DNA of 64,000 nucleotides, taken from positions 13,368,957 through 13,432,956 of the forward strand of contig NC_134030.1 in assembly GCF_964204645.1 (NCBI RefSeq), given 5' to 3'. The translations under genes were made by a program, and so were the position numbers. The notes under the pieces are model-generated. The model was not told the DNA's origin. It saw only the letters and a program-made list of their open reading frames with translations, and made no database searches. Each line of letters starts with the position of its first letter. The first letter of the stretch is position 1. This DNA is from Tubulanus polymorphus. Taxonomy: Eukaryota; Animalia; Nemertea. Below, one piece after another: positions 36,270 through 48,400 of the stretch.

Positions 36270-38858
36270 GTTCTCCGATTCCAGGTGGCGTTTGCCAGCA
36301 AAAGTTGAACCGAGTTTCCGAAACGAATGAGTCCTGAATTGGCCGTTGAACTCGAGTTCAGTCCCTGATCGGCTACAAACACTCTAACCCGGTGCTTGGT
36401 CGCTTTAATAGATCTGGGTCATTGATTACGCTAGACAGTTTTCTCGTTTTTTATTGTAAATCCCACAGTCCTGCTGCTACATTACAGACTCACGTATTTG
36501 CGTTCGAAAGCTAGAATACCCAGTGAGTGTCATCGAGAATAACTTAGCGAAACTTGTCCCATTAAATACTAGGGCGGTAACTCTGTTCTTTAACGCTGAA
36601 CCGACAACTGTCACGTGGTGTGTACAATAGCTGTTGGTTGGCCAAACGGGTGACAGTGGAATGATTGATGGGTTCGCAATGCGAGCTCCGCCAAAGCAAT
36701 AAACTGTTATTAATGAAATGATGAATGAGCAACTTAAGCTTAACGTTTCTACCTGATAGGCTGTTCCACCGTATGTTCAACTTTGTAGGATATGCTATAA
36801 ACGTATAGCGTTTTAAGTTCACTGCTTGATCGGGATTAAGTTTGATGATTTTACCCATGCAAAACTTATTTTACCATATCCATCTAAATCCTACCACTAA
36901 AAATACCTTTTTGCAATAGTTTTCCTAATCTAAAAACTCAAGCTAACATTTTTTGTAACCTACCACATCTTATATTGACCCTTAAACTACACTTTCCCAT
37001 TATCAAGGATGCATTAACGATACGGGCTTTACACATACGAAACATTTATGACTGTCTGTAAAATTTGTCCAGACATCTCCAAAGTTTACAAGAAAAGGCA
37101 ACGCGACTAATACGACCGAGCCCAATATGCGCTAAATATCTAAGATCTTTTGCGTTATAGGTACAATTTCGAACGCTTAAAAATCGACACTTTAATAGCC
37201 ACTCAAAACCTCAAACCACTGAATGGTAGATATACCGTATATGCATGTATTAGAAATACTTGTATCTGGTACGCATAGTATAGATTTAATGTTATCAAAA
37301 CATGTGCTTCATTCATTCCTTATCGATCCTTTCGTTGACTGATAAGTTCATTGGGCGGTTTCATTTTCGACTGGACCAATTATTAGCAACCAAAAGGTCA
37401 ATTCAGCTACGTTCTGAATTATGGAATGGACGTAATCTGTTAAGACAGAAACCGGTTCCAAGGTCCGCTCTTTATCTTAACTGGGAATCTGCGATGTGAA
37501 CTTAATTGAAATAAGCTCGGCATTTGATCGTCTTCACGCTTATTAAATGTAGTATTCATGTATAAAGAACTAAAATATCACGTTATAGGAACATATTTTG
37601 TTCAGTTATTATGCTGGCAAGAATATTCAACTTAAGAACACGGTTGGCTTGCTTTGTTTGATGATGACCGACAACTTGTAAACTAGAACATTGATGAAAA
37701 TTACCATGCTCCAGAATTGAATTTTGGCATGACTTTTCGGAGATTTACCTTGCCGGTTTTTCATTCCATCGATAAGTATAACTAAAATACGTTTTATTTA
37801 TCTCGAGGGTCTTCCACCTTTGGGCTGGGTGCAGGTTAAGGCAATTGACTCACATCATACTTCACTATAATAAATGAATTATAAGTAAAATTGAAATTAT
37901 TTGTAGTTTGCAGGAGGGTAATTACGTACAACTTTGCCATAACCCAACTATATTTATTTTGATAAATGTCTTTAGACCATACCCCACCTAATCTAAACCC
38001 AAACCTAAAGCCCACCTTACTATGCAACTGGGGCCCGAATCCAGGTAAAATGACAGAGGTTGAAATGCCAAAAGAAAAATCACACCATAGGTAAAAATGC
38101 CAGGGGTAAAAATGCCAGAGGGAAATATGATGAAAATTGAGTGAAGAATTTATTAATATTGGACCTGAAAATTCTTATTTCCACTAGATTTTACGTAATG
38201 AATGCACAGTTTAGAACACATTCCGGCCTAAGATGAAAAAAAAAATTAATGACAAATTTGTAATCACAAATCTATAAAATAAAGTCTAACATAAGCAAAG
38301 GATTCATTAAAAATTATTGCTATTTTTATTTTGAGATTATTGGAAATTAGAAAATTAACACATGTTCTTATATAATTGTAATCAAAAAAGGAACGTAGTC
38401 ATGATATATAACACGTTTCTAAATTAATGAATATTAACAAATGTACAAACGAATGGGCAGAGTTTACGTATTGAATGCACAGTTTGCCATGCAAACATAG
38501 GCTAGATTTTTTCAGGGTCATACATTGCTGTATATTGCTGATTATAACTTGAGAATTCTTTTTTAGCAAATTGTGATAATCATTGGAACCAAAAAGTATC
38601 ACAGGCACTGAATAACGCAGGAGAGTAATGATAACGAAAAATGAATATAATATTCGTGTGACCTATGGCGTGAAATTACTCACTTCAAGGTTAACAATCG
38701 GTTATCGCGGTTAAAAATCACTAAACGATGTCGGGATGAAATTGAGTCGGGTCGCCTTTGATGTTTGCGAGTAAATTATTTAATTATCGTCAATTACACG
38801 CAATCTTATGTCTAATGGTACCACGACGCTATTGCTTTTGACGGTCGACCCATAAATA

Positions 38859-39420
<562 letters not shown>

Positions 39421-40143
39421 GGCTGGCAAACCACTGATAACTGTAGTACCCTCATCATACCAGACACAATATGCTTAATAGCTTCGAAAATAAGCTGTAA
39501 TCGCTACTTTTGACGTTGTTATGCACACTAATTGCACGGTAGTTGACGCGCCTTTGAAGGTGCCGATCGACGCTCAGTGTTCATATTTTCGAAACTAGGT
39601 GTAGGGTTAAAAGCTGGTCCGTTAAATTAGTTAGTTCCGGGTTTACAATAAAAGCTGGTGCATAAACCAGCCCTAGTCGACTGAGTCAAGTTAAAACAAT
39701 TATTCTGCGCACGGTCCTGGTCTTAAACCTGGCCCATCTATTCTTCTCTCCGGCCGGCCTTTATGGCGGTGTGGACGACTTTTATACAGCTACTTACTAT
39801 CGCCCGGGGCACAATCAAACTTTAACGTCTCAAAGGCTTTAATGCGCATTCGGAAGGGACAATGTTTTGATTTACAACAAAGGCCGGAGAGTACATAATC
39901 TCGCGAAGAATAATCGTGTTAAAATGATCCAAGGCCCATTGAGCTTTCAAAGGCGCCCGACTGCACGTAAAATAACCATCGATCAATGTCGACAAAACAA
40001 TGCCGAGCGAAAACACCTTCTGATGATAAAAACGACAACTCGACAACTCTGGTTCTAAGCTTGCAAAAGTGCAATAGTGCAAAAATATAGCGCATTTCGT
40101 AGCGTATTATTCATTATAAATCCTCACAACATGATTGTTATAG

Positions 40144-40237
40144 AAAGAAAACACCAGGCAAAAGCAATGTTTAAACAAAGCTATATGGAGAAAGAAAACA
40201 CCAGGCAAAAGCAATGTTTAAACAAAGCTATATGGAG
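40144..40237. repeat. 47-bp perfect tandem duplication
   Basis: AAAGAAAACACCAGGCAAAAGCAATGTTTAAACAAAGCTATATGGAG x2. Confidence 0.9.
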
Positions 40238-40861
40238 ATGAATGATATTAACAGCGTCTCATGATTAAATTTTGCAAACGTATTTATAAAGTTCCAAGCT
40301 CGATTGATATTTACCCATATGTCAATTTTAGATTAATATTAATATTTAACAATAGATCTGTTCACAGTTTGATCGAAACTAGTGACTTCGGCAGGCGAGT
40401 GGTTTCACAACTACTTTGAACCATTCTTGTGAGCTAGCTCTGCTACTTAGAATAGGAAGAAAAAATAATTCGCGTCAACAAAATTTGAATAGCTGGATCT
40501 ATTCATTGTCATGTTAATGGTTTGGATTGTTAATTGTAACCCCGCCTGGGTTATCAAAGAATTCCCGAGCAATCGATCATATTACGAGCCGGTCTCTTCG
40601 ACGTGCCAATAATGGAGAATTACGTTATTCAGAGCACTTAAGAATTTCATTCGCTATCAAAGACGGCTGCTAAATTCGGGTTTCGTCTGCGGGCGAGTTA
40701 ATCGCCATTTTCCACTGGCGGAATGTTGTATTGAATTTTAATTGGCTTGCTTGCATTTAATCAAGCGTAAGCCTTTAAAGTAAGATGAATTTCTGTTTCG
40801 GGTCCGCATGTTTTTCTTGTAATGTACGTAATCCTTATTGTATTTTTCTAAGTTTTCTTTG

Positions 40862-41301
40862 TGTAACGATTAAGAGAAATTAGTGAAATTACGCGCACTC
40901 ACCGGGGATCGAACCCGGGTCTTGTGCGTAGAAAGCAAGCGTGCTAGCCAGTACACAGAACTAGTACACTTGGTCAGCGGGTATACAGCTTCTCCTAATA
41001 TGCGTAACACTGCCCTCCCCTCTAATTTCGGCTGCCCTCAGGCGATTTTAAAAATATATTTTATTACTATTATTGATAGATGATTATTATGAATATTTCA
41101 TAGAATATTTCAACAGAATTCTGTTGCCCGATTCGGGGTCTCCACCGATATAACGATTAAGAGAAGTGACAGTGAAATTACGCGCACTCACCGGGGATCG
41201 AACCCGGGTCTTGATTTCAGAAAGCAAGCGTGCTAGCCAGTAGACCAATAGAACTAGTCCACTTGGTCAGTGGTTATACAGCTTTTCGTATATGCGTAAC
41301 A
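40862..41301 (-). mobile_element. TRIM (miniature LTR element) with tRNA-derived LTRs
   Basis: Direct repeats at 40862-41009 and 41149-41301 with TGTAACG/CGTAACA-type ends and a 4-bp TSD TTTG. On the - strand, PBS-like CGGTGGAGAC follows the 5' LTR and PPT AGAGGGGAGGGCAG precedes the 3' LTR. Each LTR contains B-box GGTTCGATCCC. Confidence 0.8.
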
Positions 41302-41989
41302 TTTGTGCCTTGACATTTAAAGGGCACCAGCATTACCCAGCCATTACTTTTTTGCGGTTCTGCATAGTATGTTAGGACGTCGTATTAACATGTATGATTT
41401 CCAAGCAAATACAGATTACTTGCAGAAAACCTGTGGTAACTATTGTCATTTTCAGGCCAGGTCAAACTTTTCGATTCATTGCCCCGTGAACATAATAAGA
41501 GCATTGTATAATGTACGTATGAATATATTTTGATACATGTTCTCTCTACTGCCATGCGGTATCCCGTGCCCAGAATTCATTTGTAAATCTTTTATATTTC
41601 TCATTTTAAACACAACTGCGATACAACCCAGAACTATGGTGGCTGATAAGGGCCAAATACAATAATTTTCACACGACCTCGATTATATTAAAACACAAAA
41701 CGAAACTTATAGAGCAAAAACGAACTCTTCGTTTTTGCTAGGGCGCAAAAACGAAAAATCATAGAGCAAAAATGAATATTTTACATTACTCACTCTCTCT
41801 ACTCTAAACTAGTGAAGAATCGTTACTACAGAGTTGTAAGCCTTGCCTCCGGCTGTAACGACTCGGGCAATGGTAATGCGAGTTGTGAATTGGCAATCTC
41901 AGCGTGAAGCACACGAACTGTAAGTTTCAAGTAAGAACCAGTACATCGTACTATACGATTCTCACTTCCCTTCTTTTATGTAATATTTG

Positions 41990-44680
41990 AATAGAATTAT
42001 ACATCAATTACAGGAAAGGAGGTGATACATGAAATTATATTTAAAGGAAGAAACAGACAAGCTATCACGAATTTGATGTGGGATGCTATTCCAGATCTTG
42101 GGACCAGACATATTTTTATGGAGAATAACCTGTGGGTTGTGCGAAAATACGGTTTATTGAGATCCTGTACATTGCGTAGAATTCTTAACTGTCACTCATT
42201 TTAAAAGACAATGAATACATGAAGTTATGGGCACTAGATGATGGACTAGTTTATATATAAAGACCGCTGTAAGAAACTTATCAATATCAGCAAGATTAAG
42301 AAATCTGCCAAGTTTAAACGGAGGGGCCGTACATATATGCAAGAAATGGGGCATTGGATACAACGCGAATTGCTTTCTTTGAAGGAAGCAATTTGACTTT
42401 CTTTGACTTGTTTATACGTCCATAATCAAACCGATCGCTCGTGAAACTTTACTAGAAATATAGTCTATATGAGGAGACCATTGTAACACACCTAAGAATT
42501 TCGAGGTATCAGTTTACCAAAGATTATATAGCTTGTTCTATTTATATTTAGGGAGAGTTTGTTTAATCTAAACGAGGAAGAGAGCCGCTTTAGCTCATTG
42601 TTACTTTTAATAACGAGAGCTATTGGGTCTTTATTGCTGTAAAATATAGTAGTGTCATCTGCGAACAGGATGAAGTTGAGAGGCTTTAGTAATATCGTTG
42701 ATGTAGAGTTAGAATAGAAGAGGTCCGAGAATTGATCCTTGAGGTACTCCACAAATTATAGATTGTTTCGAAGAAAATGCACCGTTGTAAGAAACATTCA
42801 GTGTTCTTTCTTTTAGATAGCTAGTGAACCAAGAACACCTTTCTGTAATTTGCTGACGAGTATGCCATGGTTGATTGTGTCGAATACTTTTGAAAGGTCG
42901 ATGAATATTCCCACAGTAACGTAACCCTCTTCAGTTAATTTGGAAATTTGATCAGTGAAACCAAGAAGGGCAAGCTCAGCGGAGTAACCCTTCCTAAAAC
43001 CGTATTGCTTTGGTGATAATACATTGTGTTTTTTGATAAATGAAATGTACTTCGCTCCAGTATCTTTGAGAAACAAGATAACATTGAAATCGGTCGATAA
43101 TTCGATATAATCTCCCTAGAACCGTTCTTAAATAGAGGAATTACTTTAGCAATTTTAAACTGAGTGGAAGCAATACCTGTTACATAAGAACGATTAAAAA
43201 CGTGTAAGAGAGGAGACAATATTTCATATATTGTGTTTGTATGTATGATATTATTATTATGTATTGATAATCTTTGGTTTAATATCATCAGGGCACGTCC
43301 CATTATCGCCGTCCATACTACTTACAATGCTTAAGATTTCAGATTGTATGATAGGTGAAAGGTAAATATTGTCCTCAATCCTAGCGTCAAGGTACACAGA
43401 AGCTGGTGATGATGGTGTCTTAGCTGCAAGGTCAGGCCCAATATTAACGAAGAAGGTATTTAATGCGTCAGCAACTTGATCAGTTGTCAGAAGAAGTCCA
43501 TCGCGAGACTTAAATTGAGGGATAGACTGATCTTGGATAGAAGTTCCCACTACTTTATTGAGAGTTTCCCAGGTTTTCCGTAGATCATGTATAACTTTCA
43601 AAAGTGATTCAGAATAATACTTTTTTCAGCAGTTTTAAAAGTCTCTCTGTTTGGTGCTGTACTGGAAACGATTCATCATATATGAATTTGTTTCTATCAA
43701 AAAATAAATTTTATGCTTGATTAGGGTCAGGTTCAGTAACGACAGGATTCCAATCTGTCATTAGTTGTCTGGTTTTCAAGTCGCGGGTCTTAGCCTCGGT
43801 TATAGGTCGAGAGGAAATGACGCTTCTATGAGAACTGTGTTTATGTATGAAATAGTGGATGACAAAAGTAGAGAAGTGATCGGAAATATCGGTGGTCACA
43901 ATACCTGAACGTGTTGAGTAATGATGAATAACATTAGAATATATGTGGTCAATGCAATAGGCGGTATATTCAGTGACGCGGGTCGGTTGGGAGATCAGAG
44001 GATTAAGCGAGAAGGTCAAAATATTATTGAGTAAAGCCTCGGTAGCTGCATTATTACTAAGTTTAGTGAGATCAATGATAAAGTCACCTAGTATGTAAAC
44101 GTTGTTATGGGTAATTCGGATAGTGAACCATTTATTTCATCAATAAAGTGATCAATGGGATGACCTAAATTTTTGTACATGACGCCGATTGTTACTTTTT
44201 CTCTTAGGAGACAAATTAACTTTGCACAATAGAAGTTAAAAGCATGTTGATCGAATTTATAGGTCGTCACGGATTTTGTATTCGGAACAATTATCAAAAT
44301 AAAGTGCCACACCCCCAGAATGATTGAAGTAACTATTGAAAAATATACTATTGTAACCATCCAAGGCATCAAAGAGTATGATTAGCATTTCCATCAGATG
44401 CACACGTTTCGGTAACGCAAACAATGCTAGGTAAATTAACAAATGCATGGAAGGTGTCTCCTAAAGACTTACAATTCTTATCAAAGCTTCTGATGTAGGC
44501 ATGGTAGATCCACGTCCCGTGCTTTCGCGAAGGAAAGTTGATAAGCTGGTTAAGCTGATCGATTGAGTAGTATGAATCATCAACGTTATCCCCATCGCTG
44601 GCTTGATCGAAATTGAAGTCATTTAACATCCCAAATCATGCGTTCAGAATTAGGAGGAACAAGTATTGCCTGCCATAAAA
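41990..44680 (-). pseudogene. CR1/L2-group LINE ORF2 (APE endonuclease + RT), decayed
   Basis: APE motifs CVTET, GGVA, PTRVT..CIDHIYSN and ISDHF. RT motifs NYRPISML, QYGFRKG, FIDLSKVFDTINH and ILFADDT. Confidence 0.9.
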
Positions 44681-45464
44681 ATGATAAATCGATAATAGTT
44701 TACCACAATTGACAATATATTGTAGAAGATGTCATGTCTATATCTGATGCTTTTAACAGAGAAAACGAAACATGAATATAGCTGTAACAACTACCATTTA
44801 CAGTGCACTCGGGAACTAGCTTGTCAAAATAAATCCAAAGTCATCAATTCCAATTCCATCTTGATGAAATATCTTTTATTCAAATGCTTGGTCGGCTACC
44901 GACCGCAACAACTGCTCAGTACAAACTTCCCACTAAAAGTGTGTGTCGTGTCTCCAATTCTATCTCAACTCGACTCTAAGGTATATATAATATGAAAACA
45001 AAAACAAAAACAGACAGAGGGGTACGTGGTATTTCACAATACATGTGGAACAAGGCATTTGACATTGAAATATTGACTAATCTACTGGCACATTTGCCAT
45101 CTCAATATCGCTTTAGAGATGGTCGCGATCGTTTCCAAAAAATTAATGAGCATCCAATAAATCACGACACTATTCCTTTTATTCCAAAAAGTTATGTCTT
45201 TTTAATCAATCGCAAACAGAACACAAATTTTGAATTTTCTCATCGAGAATAGAAATATCGCCTGCGGTTTCCTCGGTAGAATACACATTATTTACTAAGA
45301 TGCACTGGTCAGGGACATGATTTTGGATTTTTTCGAAATTGAGATCCAGCTCACTCGCGCTAAAAATTGAGTTACTCACGAATTCAAGTAGCTTTGATGT
45401 GTCTAACTGCTCCGGTTGTAAAATATCCACTGACAAATGCTCATTATCCCAGTCTAAGATGAAA

Positions 45465-48400
45465 ACAACGTCGAAAACATCAAGTTCTCCCCGTATCTGA
45501 AAATGTCGATGCGCAAAAGCTCTCAAATCGACGGGAAAAGCACATTTCGACCCGAAAACATCGTTCAGCGCGAGAAAAGACGTTTTCTCATCAGATCTTC
45601 CCCGTATCGAGAAAATGAAAATGTCGATGCGCAAAAGCGCTCAAATCGACGGGAAAAGCACATTTCGACCCGAAAACGTCGTTCAGCGCGAGAAAAGACG
45701 TTTTCTCATCAAGTTTTCCCCGTATCGAAAAAAATGAAAATGTCGATGGGCAAAAGCGCTCAAATCGACGGGAAAAGCACATTTCGACCCGAAAACGTCG
45801 TTCAGTGCGAGAAAAGATGTTTTCTCATCAAATTTTCTCCGAATCAAAAAAATGAAATTGTCGATGCGCAAAAGCGCTCAAATAGACGGAAAAAGCACAT
45901 TTCGACCAGAAAACGTCGTTCAGCGCGAGAAAAGACGTTTTCTCATCAAGTTTTCTCCGAATCGAAAAAATGAAAATGTCAATGCGCAAAAGCGCTCAAA
46001 TCGACGGGAAAAGCACATTTCGACACATTTCAACCCGAAAACGTCGTTCAGCGCGAGAAAAGACGTTTTCTCATCAAGTTTTCCCCGTATCGAAAAAATG
46101 AAATTGTCTATGCGCAAAAGTGCTCAAATCAACGGAAAAAGCACATTTCGACCCGAAAACGTCGTTCAGCGCGAGAAAAGACGTTTTCTCATCAAGTTTT
46201 CCCCGTATCGAAAAAATGAAATTGTCTATGCGCAAAAGTGCTCAAATCAACGGAAAAAGCACATTTCGACCCGAAAACGTCGTTCAGCGCGAGAAAAGAC
46301 GTTTTCTCATCAAGTTTTCCCCGTATCGAAAAAATGAAAATGTCGATGCGCAAAAGCGCTCAAATCGACGGGAAAAGCACATTTCGACACATTTCGACCC
46401 GAAAACGTCGTTCAGCGCGAGAAAAGATGTTTTCTCATCAAGTTTTCTCCGTATCAAAAAAATGAAATTGTCGATGCGCAAACGCGCTCAAATCGACGGA
46501 AAAAGCACATTTCGACCCGAAAACGTCGTTCAGCGCGAGAAAAGACGTTTTCTCATCAAGTTTTCTCCGAATCGAAAAAATGAAAATGTCAATGCGCAAA
46601 ACCGCACAAATCGGCGGCAAAAGCACATTTCGACACATTTGAACCGAAAACGTCGTTCAGCGCGAGAAAAGACGTTTTCTCATCAAGTTTTCCCCGTATC
46701 AAAAAAAATGAAATTGTCGGTGCGCAAAAGCGCTCAAATCGACGGAAAAAACACATTTCGACCCGAAAACGTCGTTCAGCGCGAGAAAAGACGTTTTCTC
46801 ATCAAGTTTTCTCCGAATCGAAAAAATGAAAATGTCAATGCGCAAAACCGCACAAATCGGCGGGAAAAGCACATTTCGACACATTTGAACCGAAAACGTC
46901 GTTCAGCGCGAGAAAAAACGTTTTCTCATCAAGTTATCCCCGTATCGAAAAAAATGAAAATGTCGGTGCGCAAAAGTGCTGAAATCGAAGGGAAAAGCAC
47001 ATTTCGACCCGAAAACATCGTTCAGCGCGAGAAAAGACGTTTTCTCATCAAGTTTTCTCCGTATCGAAAAATGAAATTGTCGATGCGCAAAAGCGCTCAA
47101 ATCGACGGGAAAAGCACATTTCGACCCGAAAACGTTTTTCAGCGCGAGAAAAGACGTTTTCTCATCAGATCTTCTCTGTATCGAAAAACGAAAATGTCGA
47201 TGCGCAAAAGCGCTCAAATCGACGGGAAAAGCACATTTCGAAACGAAAACGTATTTCAGCGCGTGACAAGACGTTTTCTCATCAGATCTTCCCCGTATCG
47301 AAAAAATGAAATGTCGATGCGCAAAACCGCTCAAATCGGCGGGAAAAGCACATTTCGACACATTTGACCCGAAAAAGTCGTTCAGCGCGAGAAAAGAGGT
47401 TTTCTCATCAAGTTTTCCCCGTATCGAAAAAAGGAAAATGTCGATGCGCAAAAGCGCTCAAATCGACGGGAAAAGCACATTTCGACCCGAAAACGTCGTT
47501 CAGCGCGAGAAAAGACGTTTTCTCATCAGATCTTCCCCGTATCGAAAAATTAAAATGTCGATGCGCAAAACCGCTCAAATCGGCGGGAAAAGGAAATTTC
47601 GACACATTTGACCCGAAAACGTCGTTCAGCGCGAGAAAAGACGTTTTCTCATCAAGTTCTCCCTGTATCGAAAAAATGGAACTGTCGATGCGCAAAAGCG
47701 CTCAAATCGACGGGAAAAGCACATTTCGACCCGAAAACGTCGTTCAGCGCGAGAAAAGACGTTTTCTCACCAAGTTTTCCCCGTATCGAAAAAAATGAAA
47801 ATGTCGATGCGCAAAAGCGCTCAAATCGACGGGAAAAGCACATTTCGACCCGAAAAACGTCGTTCAGCGCGAGAAAAGACGTTTTCTCACCAAGTTTTCT
47901 CCGTATCGAAAAAATGAAATTGTCGATGCGCAAAAGCGCTCAAATCGACGGAAAAAGCACATTTCGACCAGAAAACGTCGTTCAGCGCGAGAAAAGACGT
48001 TTTCTCATTAAGTTTTCCCCGTATCGAAAAAATGAAAATGTCGATGCGCAAAAGCGCTCAAATCGACGAGAAAAGCACATTTCGACCCAGAAACGTCGTT
48101 CAGCGCGAGAAAAGACGTTTTCTCATCGAGTTTTCCCCGTATCGAAAAAATGAAAATGTCGGTGCGCAAAAGGGCTCAAATCGACGGGAAAAGCACATTT
48201 CGACACATTTCGAACCGAAAACGTCGTTCAGCGCGAGAAAAGACGTTTTCTCATCAAGTTTTCCCCGTATCAAAAACATTAAATTGTCGATGCGCAGAAG
48301 CGCTCAAATCGACGGGAAAAGCACATTTCTACCCGAAAAGTGCGTTCAGCGCGAGAAAAGACGTTTTCTCATCAAGTTTTCCCCGTATCGAAAAAAATGA

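Noticed and set aside
40885-40965. Functional tRNA genes (also ~41175-41255)
   Set aside because: Acceptor stem is not formed and the anticodon arms differ between copies. They are better explained as tRNA-derived parts of TRIM LTRs.
41317-41900. Kolobok-like end (TTAA followed by AGGGCACCAGCATTACC)
   Set aside because: No matching second TIR with TTAA was found.
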